Origin: Gemmatimonadota bacterium
Lineage (GTDB): Bacteria; Gemmatimonadota; Gemmatimonadetes; Gemmatimonadales; GWC2-71-9
Assembly (NCBI GenBank): GCA_036679605.1
Contig: JAZDCZ010000123.1
Span: 34,571-98,570, forward strand
Reading direction: 5' to 3'
DNA length: 64,000 nt
Shown here: positions 9,711-18,739 of the stretch, piece after piece
Layout: each line of letters begins with the position of its first letter
How positions within the stretch are numbered: position 1 is the first letter of the stretch
The notes under the pieces: generated by a model
Database searches by the model: none
What the model was told of the DNA's origin: nothing
What the model saw: only the letters and a program-made list of their open reading frames with translations
Made by a program: the position numbers and the translations under genes

Positions 9711-11123
9711 TTAGAAAGTCACCGAGCTGCCGAGACGGAACACGTTGTCCGGTGCTGGGCCAAGCTCTGGACTCGCAACGCGGAAGAGCCCCGTCGCAGT
9801 GAACCGAATCAACGGGTCGGGACTATAGATTAGGCTGGGGGTCAGGTACATGGACGTCCCCTTGCTGAAGCTGGGCCGGTTTACCAGCGCGAACTCGAAC
9901 ATGCGCTGTCCTGTGCCGGGGTCGACAACAATTTCCGGCTCCGGGATCATGCCGGCGTAACTATCCGCCTGTTGATGGAATCCGACAAAACTCATATCGA
10001 GCGCCAGGAAGTCCTTGAGCAGGGGTTTCACGAAACTACCGAAGAAGGTGGTCTTGTCACCGGCGTCGATTCCGTCGGCCTCATTGTTGATCCGGTGCAG
10101 AATCCCGAGGTGCAATGCGCTTCGACCTGGGATCCGACCAAAAGTAGCGAAGTCTCCCTGCTCGAACTGTCGCGTGATGAAAGCTCCGACTAGGTAGCCG
10201 AACGCGCCGGTCCCCGGCTGTAGAGTTGTGGGTAACCGGCCGTCGCCTGAAAAGCGTCCAAAAACTCCCCCGTTGAACGGAAACGGAGTGAGGATGCGTG
10301 GCGCGTTCTCCAGCATACCCGCCGGCACTTGCCAGGCTCCGTTGAAGAAGTTTTGGGGGCCGCCCAACTGCTGTATCATCTGCTCGAATGACGGTTGGAC
10401 GCCGTCGTCGTCAGGATCGGGGCGCCGGGCTAGGATGAACCCTCCATCTCCAAACTTTTCGTCGTTCTTTCCCGTGGGCAGGAAAACAGCTCCGGCGAGG
10501 GCAAACCCAACCGGAAAATTTCCTTGATCGACGATTTTTTTCTTGAGGAATACACCGATGTCGCCTAGCTCCCGACTGCTGCCCTGGTTCAGCAGATCGA
10601 TGAATTGAACGCCGTTCGGATTAATGAACCCATCGGTACGTGATTCAATGTATGGGACGTTGATTCGCAAAGTGAAGCTGTGGAGATACTTCTTGTGCAG
10701 GTCGAAACCATAAAAGAGATCTAGATCGAACAACGTTCGGCGGACGGAAAACTGATCGAAGACCGCCGAGTTGGGACTATCTCCCATGAAGAAGTCATTC
10801 CCATCGATCCTGGCAAAGCGGGTGGATAGACCAATCCGCCAGGTGTTGGGCGGCAACACGAACGAGTGGCCGACCAAAGCGGGCTGGAGCAGGGGCGGAA
10901 TGAAGTGCTGGATCTGGTGTTTGATCTGCATGCGGTCGAACCGCATGAAATCCTCGCCTCCTATCCCCCCTTTCGTGCCGAGCATGATGAATTCGTCGGG
11001 CGGGGGCGGGATCGTGTCTTCCTGCCCCCAGAGCGGCGTGGCCAGAAATAGGGCCGCGGCGATGGACAGCGCGATCTTGGGTCTCCCCTGTTGGGTAAGT
11101 CTCCTACTCGAAACGGCACGCAT
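9711..11123 (-). CDS. Outer-membrane beta-barrel (transporter-like)
   Basis: Start re-placed at ATG 11123 behind a GGAGG RBS; signal peptide; amphipathic strands (ELGDIGVFLKKK, GAVFLPTG); C-terminal Phe. Confidence 0.65.
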   Translation of the reverse strand: MRAVSSRRLTQQGRPKIALSIAAALFLATPLWGQEDTIPPPPDEFIMLGTKGGIGGEDFMRFDRMQIKHQIQHFIPPLLQPALVGHSFVLPPNTWRIGLSTRFARIDGNDFFMGDSPNSAVFDQFSVRRTLFDLDLFYGFDLHKKYLHSFTLRINVPYIESRTDGFINPNGVQFIDLLNQGSSRELGDIGVFLKKKIVDQGNFPVGFALAGAVFLPTGKNDEKFGDGGFILARRPDPDDDGVQPSFEQMIQQLGGPQNFFNGAWQVPAGMLENAPRILTPFPFNGGVFGRFSGDGRLPTTLQPGTGAFGYLVGAFITRQFEQGDFATFGRIPGRSALHLGILHRINNEADGIDAGDKTTFFGSFVKPLLKDFLALDMSFVGFHQQADSYAGMIPEPEIVVDPGTGQRMFEFALVNRPSFSKGTSMYLTPSLIYSPDPLIRFTATGLFRVASPELGPAPDNVFRLGSSVTF

Positions 11124-11180
11124 ACGATCCTCCATTGTCCAAGAAACGTCCCTTCCTACTGACGGTGTCGAGTAGCCGTT

Positions 11181-11199
11181 TGTAGGGTTTACTCCTACA
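11181..11199. promoter_or_regulatory. Palindrome TGTAGG-N7-CCTACA, candidate transcription-factor site
   Basis: Perfect 6-bp inverted repeat ~60 bp upstream of the 11123 start; extra CCTAC half-sites at 11155 and 11214. Confidence 0.45.
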
Positions 11200-11253
11200 C
11201 CGTACGGCACACCCCTACACCCGCTATGTACTGAGACGCAATCTGACTCAATT

Positions 11254-11283
11254 TTATGAAGTAATTATGAAGGCCCTATTAAT
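11254..11283. promoter_or_regulatory. 11-bp-period direct repeats (TTATGAAG/TTATGAAG/CTATTAAT)
   Basis: Units at 11254, 11265, 11276; the same pattern recurs at five other intergenic sites. Confidence 0.55.
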
Positions 11284-11326
11284 GGACCCTAATTGGGGCT
11301 CCAACGGAGAAGATCCCGCCTACAGC

Positions 11327-12070
11327 CTAGGGATTTTGGTCTTGCTTGCCGGCCCTCGATGTCGCCGAAAACACGAAATCCGCCGAGCTGGTAACACCTT
11401 CACTAACCGTCACGTCTTGCTCCAACTCCCCAAACACCTCATGCCAGATTTTTATGGTGTGGGTGCCTACGGGAACACCATCAATGCGGTACCCTCCTGA
11501 GCTGTCTGTGGAGGAGAAGTACGGATGATCGAAGATCACGATCTTGCCGTGCATCCAGGAATGAGCATCGCATTTCACATCAATCATTCCAGCTCGCCTA
11601 AGAGGGCGCACGGCTCGCACCGTGACACCCTTACGCGACAAGGCCCAGTTGCCCACGGCCCGGCTGCGCTTTCCGCGAAGAAGGTTCAGATGTGTGTTGT
11701 GGAGAACGTCGTCCTGATTGTCTACGGCCAATGTGTCGCCGACGGCTACAGCCATTACAGGCGGATTGAACTGGCACTCCGAGTTCGATAACAACCTTTC
11801 GGTCGGCACGATTGCGCCTGGGACACCCTCGATAGATGCAATCGCAAAGGCCACCCCGCCCTTCACCACCAATACTTCACGTGCGGCAATCATCTCGCCG
11901 CATACGTCTTGATTTTTTGTGACCGTTATCAGGCGCGGCGCATGTACAGCGCCCTCTATGCGCACGGTGCCGACAATAGTACCAGTCTGCGAAACCGCTG
12001 ATGTAGGGGCCAGGAACACTGCCGCCAACATGCCGGCAATGAACTTGGTCGACGGTTGAAACTTCATCAT
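11327..12070 (-). CDS. Secreted cupredoxin-like/carboxypeptidase-regulatory-like protein (third paralog)
   Basis: Signal peptide; DDVLHNTH...KCDAHSWM; VPVGTHTIKIWHE. Confidence 0.8.
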   Translation of the reverse strand: MMKFQPSTKFIAGMLAAVFLAPTSAVSQTGTIVGTVRIEGAVHAPRLITVTKNQDVCGEMIAAREVLVVKGGVAFAIASIEGVPGAIVPTERLLSNSECQFNPPVMAVAVGDTLAVDNQDDVLHNTHLNLLRGKRSRAVGNWALSRKGVTVRAVRPLRRAGMIDVKCDAHSWMHGKIVIFDHPYFSSTDSSGGYRIDGVPVGTHTIKIWHEVFGELEQDVTVSEGVTSSADFVFSATSRAGKQDQNP

Positions 12071-12102
12071 TGCTCTCCTTCACCCATAGCTGGTATAGGT
12101 GA

Positions 12103-13170
12103 TCAGAAATACAAGTGGAACTCCAAACTCAGGCGGTCCATATCGTCCGAAGCCTGAGGGATGTCCTCTATCAAGGTGTAGAATGCCGACACCTGAAGGA
12201 ACTGGATGGGAAAGGTCTCGATTCCGAATCGCGCCCGCGTCCGAGCGTTCTGACCGATGTCCCGGTTAGGATCCAAGAAACCGTAGGTTATCTTCGCATT
12301 CACTCCTCGCACGGCGAGGAAATTGCCTTCGATGTAAGCAGCCATCTGATCGAGATCAGGACCCACGTCGGGTGCGTCCTTAATGAGGTCCAATTCGCCC
12401 AAGACGGTGAACCGACCCAGATTGAAGCCGCCAAAGCCCCCGTACACATCTCTGCGACCACTGCTTCCCTCGTTACGCGACACTGACGCGCCGATTCTGA
12501 ACCGGGGCAATATCCATGCGCCAGTTGCCGTGATCTGCTTCCCGCTATTATTCTCGCTCGCACCCTGTGAACCGTTCGTCAGTGCGACAAACAGCGATAG
12601 TTGGGACGGCTCGAATCCCACTTCTACACCCTGGTCCGGGGTGGCGTAGCTGAAGCCTGTACTCTGACGAATGAATTCAGCGTCATCCACTAAACGCAGA
12701 CCGTAGGGCAACAGAAACTTTCCAACCTTCAAATAACCATCGAGCGGAAGTCCTTCAACAAGCCCGAATGCCTCGCGTGTACTAGCGGCCCCCGGCCCAA
12801 CCGTCTCATCGACATAGAAAGCAAGCACATCGGGAATAACTCGGGCCTCGACCTGTATGTTGGCCTCCCTAAGACCCATCTCCGTTCGCGGAGTCGACTT
12901 CGCCGGCGTGCCCTCTGCCCGCAACCTCAAGTTCGCACCCACCGAGAGGAAATTGTTCAACGATCTACCTTGAAATCCGAACTGTCCGATCGACAGCCTC
13001 GTCTGACCGTACACACTCCCAAAATCGGTTCTGCCACCACCGCCAGTGCGATTCACGTGACACTGCGAGCACCGTAGTCCCGTTCTCACCGAAAGATGTG
13101 GCTCCTCCTCTCGCGCGCTCAGATTGAGCGGAGTGAGAACGAGAAGAGTCATGGCCAATCGCGTGATCAC
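12103..13170 (-). CDS. Outer-membrane beta-barrel with N-terminal heme c motif (cytochrome-porin fusion)
   Basis: GTG start at 13170 with AGGAGG RBS; signal peptide; CSQCH; porin-like VGKFLLPYGL; ends LEFHLYF. Confidence 0.75.
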   Translation of the reverse strand: MITRLAMTLLVLTPLNLSAREEEPHLSVRTGLRCSQCHVNRTGGGGRTDFGSVYGQTRLSIGQFGFQGRSLNNFLSVGANLRLRAEGTPAKSTPRTEMGLREANIQVEARVIPDVLAFYVDETVGPGAASTREAFGLVEGLPLDGYLKVGKFLLPYGLRLVDDAEFIRQSTGFSYATPDQGVEVGFEPSQLSLFVALTNGSQGASENNSGKQITATGAWILPRFRIGASVSRNEGSSGRRDVYGGFGGFNLGRFTVLGELDLIKDAPDVGPDLDQMAAYIEGNFLAVRGVNAKITYGFLDPNRDIGQNARTRARFGIETFPIQFLQVSAFYTLIEDIPQASDDMDRLSLEFHLYF

Positions 13171-13178
13171 TTTTCCTC

Positions 13179-13622
13179 CTAGTTTTCTAACGCGCCCGCG
13201 GCGATCCATCCGCGAACAGCGTCTATTTCTTCGGTGGACAGTGGCGTCAGCCCAAATGGCATGCGCGCACCCATGATCGCCGACCGACCTTCTATCTTCC
13301 ATACGATGTAGCTCGAATCGGGCTTCCCCGGATTGACACGCATTAGCTCGGGCATCTCAACGCTCGACACGAAAACCAAGTTTTGGCGTGCAATCCCATC
13401 GGCGAGTGCCAAGCCCAACGGAGCGGAAGCACCAATGTGACACTTCGTGCAGATCGGTGTAAAAATGTTCGCTTGTATAGACGCAAGCGTTGGCGCCAAC
13501 GCGACCTGCGACTGGCCCAACGGATTCCCGAAGTCGTCCAATCCAGTGCCGTCACCTACGCAACTGGCGATCCCGGTCATGCATGCCACAAGCAGGAGGT
13601 TGCGTGAGCGTTTGATGTTCAT
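13179..13622 (-). CDS. Monoheme cytochrome c lipoprotein
   Basis: ATGA overlap start at 13622; lipobox IASC; CTKCH; VNPGKPDSSY...RMP. Confidence 0.8.
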   Translation of the reverse strand: MNIKRSRNLLLVACMTGIASCVGDGTGLDDFGNPLGQSQVALAPTLASIQANIFTPICTKCHIGASAPLGLALADGIARQNLVFVSSVEMPELMRVNPGKPDSSYIVWKIEGRSAIMGARMPFGLTPLSTEEIDAVRGWIAAGALEN

Positions 13623-14578
13623 CGGCCGTCTCCCCGCATCTTTGTTTCGGGATTCTCCCCGAAAAGCCAATGGAAGATTCCTCCTTGCCGGTCAAGAGAT
13701 TTCAGATAGTAGACGAGACTCCAGATCCGGTGCTCGACGAGTGGACCGATCTCGGCGTCGGACATGTCAGCTAGGCCAGCTTCAGTCGGCTGCCCTGCCA
13801 AGTATCCTTCGAGCGCTTGGAGATCTGCGGGATCGAGGGTCTTACTCACCTGAGTCAGATCAGCGTCTCGACCGCCCGGAAATGCCATCATCTCGCGCTC
13901 GAACGCCGGCATCGGAGAACCGCTGAGGCCGGTGACGAGTGTCCGGTAAATATCCGCCGCTGCCGAACCGTTCTTATAGTTGCCACGCGTAAAGTCATAC
14001 GGTCGGATCTCCTGATCCCAATCATCGGTGAGTTCATCGGCTGATGGACCGTTGCCTCGGCCGGCTGGCCCGTGACATTGCGAGCAACGAAGCATGGCGT
14101 AGACGGACTGACCCTCCAGCACCATCTCTGCCGTCGGTGCTGGTTCTGGTGGGACTGGGACAGCTGACTCCGGATCTTCCTCCGCAAAGATCTCAGAGAA
14201 TCCCTTTATGTAGCGAATCAAAGCCCACCGTTCATCTACCGTGAGAAGGTTCTCCCAAGGGGGCATCCAGGTTCCGGGCACACCACGGGAGATCGTGCGG
14301 TAGAGGTCTTCGTCCGTGGGCAGCGATCCCGTTGGGGTGCTCCGAAACTTGAAGACACCCATTGTGAAGTCCCGTGGTCTCGGAGTAAGCAGTTGGGCCC
14401 CGCGTCCGTTGCCGTCGCCGAGCTTGCCGTGACATGAAGAGCAAGCGTCACGATAGAGCCGGGCTGCGTCGACAGCGGATGCCTGAGGAGACGGTTGGGG
14501 GAGCTGCGCCAGGGCCCAAGACGGCGGCCCCAGCAACAACGCTACAGCTCCCCACAACGCGTAGGGGGCGGGCGTCAC
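13619..14578 (-). CDS. Periplasmic diheme cytochrome c
   Basis: GTGA overlap start at 14578; CSSCH and CSQCH; paralogous to the diheme domain of 162..1850 (PRPRDFT..FK.R.T..G.LPTDEDLYRTIS.G). Confidence 0.85.
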   Translation of the reverse strand: MTPAPYALWGAVALLLGPPSWALAQLPQPSPQASAVDAARLYRDACSSCHGKLGDGNGRGAQLLTPRPRDFTMGVFKFRSTPTGSLPTDEDLYRTISRGVPGTWMPPWENLLTVDERWALIRYIKGFSEIFAEEDPESAVPVPPEPAPTAEMVLEGQSVYAMLRCSQCHGPAGRGNGPSADELTDDWDQEIRPYDFTRGNYKNGSAAADIYRTLVTGLSGSPMPAFEREMMAFPGGRDADLTQVSKTLDPADLQALEGYLAGQPTEAGLADMSDAEIGPLVEHRIWSLVYYLKSLDRQGGIFHWLFGENPETKMRGDGR

Positions 14579-16431
14579 GGCCCGGCTCCAACGGTAATCG
14601 TTCCTGTCATACCCAACCCGGAATGGCCGGTTATCGTACAAAGCACGTTGTACGCGCTTACCACCGTCGGAACTATGAACATCGTGGTACTCCCGCCGAT
14701 CTGAAGCTCGACCGCCTTCAGGTACGGCGCCTTGATCTCGGCCTGAGAATCCTCGGCCTTCCGGAGCACAACTGTCTTGTAGAACTCCACGGCAGTGTAA
14801 TAGTGCTTCGATGTATACCCTGCCGGATCACTCACTTGTAGTTTGTACGCCACGTCCTTCGTGAGCGCCAGATCCGGTGGTACGAAACCAAGTGCGGTGA
14901 AGCCCGCGTTCTCGGACATGGCGACGGCTACATCTACCGCGCCGGTCCAAACAGCGTGTGAACCGGACTTTCTCGGATCACTCATGAGCGCGACATTGAA
15001 ATCTGTGGCGACCTCTAGGTCGAGCTGGTAGCCACTACCACCCACGATCTTGGCCGTCGCCGTCATTCCGAGATCTTTGTGCCCGGGTATCGTACAGATG
15101 ATGTCGTACTCCCCACCCACCACGGGAATGAAATAGACCTCAACCGAACCACCTATAATGAGTTCGACCGCATCGAAATACGGCGCCTTGTACTCGGCGT
15201 CCACTGTTTCCATCTTGCGGGTGGCGATGGCCTGGTAGAAACTAGTCCCCTCAGGTGAGAAATAGTGCTTGCTGCTGTTGGTGCTAGGGTTGTTGATGCG
15301 CAACACGTAGGGCCTGCCCGCCTCTAAGGTCAACTCGTTGGGCGAGTAAGACAGAGCCGAGCCCGACTCGACCATGTTCACGTCGATGACCGTCTTCTGA
15401 TCCCAATTGACGAAGCCGACCCAATCCGACGAAGTAGTAGGAGTAGGTCCTGCTACGGGTGTCCTCACCGTTATCGTACCCGTCATTCCCAGATCGGCGT
15501 GCCCTGGTATCGTGCATAAAACGGTGAACGTGCCAGCTTGAGTGGGAACCACAAAGAGCGTGGCAGTCCCTCCAATCTGCAACTCGACCGCTTTTAGATA
15601 GGGCGCCTTGATCTCGGCGTGAGAATCTTCGGCCTTCCTTAGCACAACAACCTTGTAAAACTGTTCCGCCGTGTAATAGTGCTTCGATGCGTGGCTTGAC
15701 GGGTTGTCCAGCTCGATCTTGTAACCGATGTCCTTGGTGAGCACTAAACCATCGGGATTGAACGCGAGCGCATCAAACGATGCCGTCTCGAACATCCGGA
15801 CAAGTGTGTCCGCCGCCCCAGTCCAGACAGCGTTGGAGCCGGAACGGCGTGCGTCGGTCATGAGTGCGGCGTTGAAATCTGACGCCACTTCAAGATCCAA
15901 CGCGAAACCTTCGCCACCAGTAATGGTTGCCGTAGCAGTCATACCGGCCTCTTTATGTCCCGTTATCGTACAAATGATGTCGTACGTGCCCGCCGACACG
16001 GGGACGAAGAAGAACTCCACCGTACCACCGATTTGGAGTTCGACAGCGTCAAAGTACGGCGCCTTATATTCGGCATCGCCGGTTTCCATCTTCCTCGCAG
16101 CCACAGCCTTGTAAAAGCTGGTTCCCTCCGGTGAGAAGTAGTGTTTGCTACTGTTGCTCGATGAGTTAGTGATCCGCAGCACGTAAGGCTTGCCGGCCTC
16201 AAACGAGAACACGTTAGGAGAGAAAGACAGGTTGGAACCCGATTCGACCATGCTGACGTCGATAATCGTCTTCTGATCCCAGTCGACAAAGGCGACCCAG
16301 TCCGATGCTAGGGTCGGAGTCTGCACTGTGTTGTCGGGCACGTCGACCACGTCGCCGCTATCACAACTCACGATTACACCGGCGAGCGCAAGCGCTACGA
16401 TCTTAACCCAGAAAGATTTCTTGTAATTCAT
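14575..16431 (-). CDS. Lipoprotein with four type-1 copper (cupredoxin) domains
   Basis: ATG 16431 with AGGAG RBS; lipobox IVSC; four KHY...CTI(T/P)GHxxxGM sites; two halves offset by 876 bp. Confidence 0.85.
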   Translation of the reverse strand: MNYKKSFWVKIVALALAGVIVSCDSGDVVDVPDNTVQTPTLASDWVAFVDWDQKTIIDVSMVESGSNLSFSPNVFSFEAGKPYVLRITNSSSNSSKHYFSPEGTSFYKAVAARKMETGDAEYKAPYFDAVELQIGGTVEFFFVPVSAGTYDIICTITGHKEAGMTATATITGGEGFALDLEVASDFNAALMTDARRSGSNAVWTGAADTLVRMFETASFDALAFNPDGLVLTKDIGYKIELDNPSSHASKHYYTAEQFYKVVVLRKAEDSHAEIKAPYLKAVELQIGGTATLFVVPTQAGTFTVLCTIPGHADLGMTGTITVRTPVAGPTPTTSSDWVGFVNWDQKTVIDVNMVESGSALSYSPNELTLEAGRPYVLRINNPSTNSSKHYFSPEGTSFYQAIATRKMETVDAEYKAPYFDAVELIIGGSVEVYFIPVVGGEYDIICTIPGHKDLGMTATAKIVGGSGYQLDLEVATDFNVALMSDPRKSGSHAVWTGAVDVAVAMSENAGFTALGFVPPDLALTKDVAYKLQVSDPAGYTSKHYYTAVEFYKTVVLRKAEDSQAEIKAPYLKAVELQIGGSTTMFIVPTVVSAYNVLCTITGHSGLGMTGTITVGAGP

Positions 16432-16490
16432 TTTTGAACTCCTATTCATCTCCTGCTGAAGAAAACAACTGATGTGTATTGAAGACCCCT

Positions 16491-16997
16491 TTATATCGAT
16501 CGTTCCTGCATCCCCGCGACTCTATGACATCCACGAATTAGTCGGACTAGCCTGGTTGCATCATTGTTTGTGTTGGATTCAGATTGCTGTTGGAACAACT
16601 TTGTGGCGTCGCGATCGAGAAAAAGTTCACCCTTGGTCACTGTCTTGATCGCACGAACCAGGTCCAAGTCAACCTTCGTCTTGGACACGTAGCCTCTGGC
16701 GCCCATCGCCACAACCGGGAATAGAAGCCACTCCTGCGGGTCCAGTGAAAGCGCGATCACTTGGCTGTTCTGACCCAAACGCCACATTGAATACAGGTAC
16801 CGAAGCATCGGCATCGACACATCCACCAGCGTGACATCGGGCTCCAGTTTGGTGGCTTGCTCTACCGCATCCCTGCCGCCAGAGGCTTCCCCAACCACAC
16901 GGAGGTCTTCGTCTGCTTCCAAGAGTTCGCGCAGGGCGCCCAGGAATTTCGGGTGACCATCGACCAGCAGGATGCGTATCGGTCTCGTAGCTTTCAT
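16491..16997 (-). CDS. Degenerate NarL-type receiver-domain protein lacking the HTH
   Basis: RILLVDGH...PDVTLVDVSMP...GARGYVSK; ends shortly after the receiver domain. Start may instead be 17036. Confidence 0.6.
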   Translation of the reverse strand: MKATRPIRILLVDGHPKFLGALRELLEADEDLRVVGEASGGRDAVEQATKLEPDVTLVDVSMPMLRYLYSMWRLGQNSQVIALSLDPQEWLLFPVVAMGARGYVSKTKVDLDLVRAIKTVTKGELFLDRDATKLFQQQSESNTNNDATRLVRLIRGCHRVAGMQERSI

Positions 16998-17075
16998 TGG
17001 TTTTCCATTTGGAGTCACGGCTGGCAGCCAGTTCATGAGGTGCTAGGTTGCCGACGATCATCGCCATTCTCTTTG

Positions 17076-17090
17076 GCATTAGACGGGCCG
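17076..17090 (-). promoter_or_regulatory. Candidate sigma54 (-24/-12) promoter
   Basis: Minus strand CGGCCCG-TCTA-ATGC with exact GG-N10-GC spacing; an NtrC-family activator is encoded nearby. Confidence 0.4.
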
Positions 17091-17279
17091 GTGGGAAGAA
17101 AGTCCTGGGTTAGGTTGTCAAACCCATATATGGTATGGAGTTAGCCGTATCCTACGCGGCAACGGTATGACTAGGATGTCAACAGAAGCGGGACGAGGGC
17201 GGTCCCATCTGTGACCCGCAGTGACTCAGTACTGGAGGTCCTTGGAGGTCTGTGGTCTAGGGAATGTTAGGACGGGTGA

Positions 17280-18680
17280 TCAGAAGGAGACGTCTAGACG
17301 GACCCACAGATTGTTCGGCTTGCGCTGCATCGACTCTTTGCTAGCTGCATCCTGGGTGAACAGCTCCAGCTCCACAACCGCGCGGACGTTTTGGCGAACC
17401 AGGAAGATCACACCTGGAGTCAGCCGCGTGCGATCCATTCTACCTTCAGTGAATCCGGCCTGGCGTATCGTGGTCGGAAGATCCACATCAAGATCGTCGA
17501 ACTTGACGGACCCAATGAACCAAGGAAAGAACATGTACTCCGTCCTGGCAAACAGGCTAGAGAAATCTACCCGACCGGACGTTGCCGCTCCCCACGGATT
17601 GTCGTTGCTTCCCCAGACGTAGCCAACACCGGCGTCCAACGGACCGACTATCGCACGAGCACTGACTCCGAACGATCGGTGTGAATCCTCTGCATCCCCA
17701 TCAACTGGCTGTGCGCCGATGTATCCAAAGTGCTCCACGATCAACGTATGATCCAGTAACTGCCCGCCGCCGCCGAGTACCGGCTTGCCGCCGGCCGCGT
17801 AGCGCCCGTCGAGGCCCAGGCCGCCAAACTTGTAACGCAGCTTGTAGTACACGTCCTTGCGATCGTTGTCGTCCTGTGTTGTGCTCGCGGCACCCTGAGC
17901 GAGACCAACACCATAGTACAGCCGACCGGCAAGAAGACCGTTTACCTCGACGGCCGGTTGGGTGCGCCGAAGCTGAAAGGTGTTCGTGGAACGCAGACTG
18001 TCATCTGCGACAGGATTGCGTAGTGCCAGATCTGACACTCTATACTCCTGCCAAAGAAAATTCTGCCGGCCGGCCCGGTCGATCTGTCGATCGGCAAATG
18101 TGAAAAGGTATAGATTCTGCAGCCCAACCCAGACGTTGAGCAGTCGATCGGGAAGCCCTGGTATTATGTTTTGAAATTCAACTTTCGCCTGCAACACCTC
18201 CAGACCGTCTTTCCGCGTCCACTCAGTTTCCATGAATGCACTGAGGTTGTCACCTAGGGTGGTGCCTGCCAATACATACACCTCCTCGGGAAAGCGGAAA
18301 CTCGATGACGCTTCCGCATCTGCTTCCCGTGTCAGTTGGAAGTCGTTAACGATCCGTAGCGCGATGGGAACGTCGCCCGGGATCTCTCCCGGCCAAATCG
18401 CCCGTGGCCACAGGTCCTTCCACTCATCCGAACCCAGCGCAACGGGCTCATCACTGCGCAGCAGTGCGTCGTTCTCGGGAAATCGGTAGCCGTTCAAGCG
18501 GAATGCCTCACCCAGCACATTCAGCTTGGGCGCAGCAGTGTGGCAGGTAGTACAACTAGTGCGATATTTCCGTGCAAATGCAGGTATCGCACGGTGGTTC
18601 CAGCCGGCGGCTGTCACGCTGCTGAAAACTGCCAACGCACATAAGCCAAGGCCGGCTCTCTTCAAAGAAAGACCCCGCAT
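17280..18680 (-). CDS. Cyc2-like cytochrome c-porin fusion
   Basis: AIPAFARKY-RTS-CTTCH-TAA-PKL..LGEAFRLNGY, followed by a beta-barrel ending LDVSF. Confidence 0.75.
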   Translation of the reverse strand: MRGLSLKRAGLGLCALAVFSSVTAAGWNHRAIPAFARKYRTSCTTCHTAAPKLNVLGEAFRLNGYRFPENDALLRSDEPVALGSDEWKDLWPRAIWPGEIPGDVPIALRIVNDFQLTREADAEASSSFRFPEEVYVLAGTTLGDNLSAFMETEWTRKDGLEVLQAKVEFQNIIPGLPDRLLNVWVGLQNLYLFTFADRQIDRAGRQNFLWQEYRVSDLALRNPVADDSLRSTNTFQLRRTQPAVEVNGLLAGRLYYGVGLAQGAASTTQDDNDRKDVYYKLRYKFGGLGLDGRYAAGGKPVLGGGGQLLDHTLIVEHFGYIGAQPVDGDAEDSHRSFGVSARAIVGPLDAGVGYVWGSNDNPWGAATSGRVDFSSLFARTEYMFFPWFIGSVKFDDLDVDLPTTIRQAGFTEGRMDRTRLTPGVIFLVRQNVRAVVELELFTQDAASKESMQRKPNNLWVRLDVSF

Positions 18681-18739
18681 TCTCTACACTCTCCCGTCAA
18701 ACATGCTCGTCATTCATCTCAGCGGAGACGCTCCACCGA

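Noticed and set aside
14575..16431. Multicopper oxidase, NirK or NosZ call for the four-domain copper protein
   Set aside because: Only type-1 ligand sets are present; no HxH/HCH, CuA or CuZ motifs.
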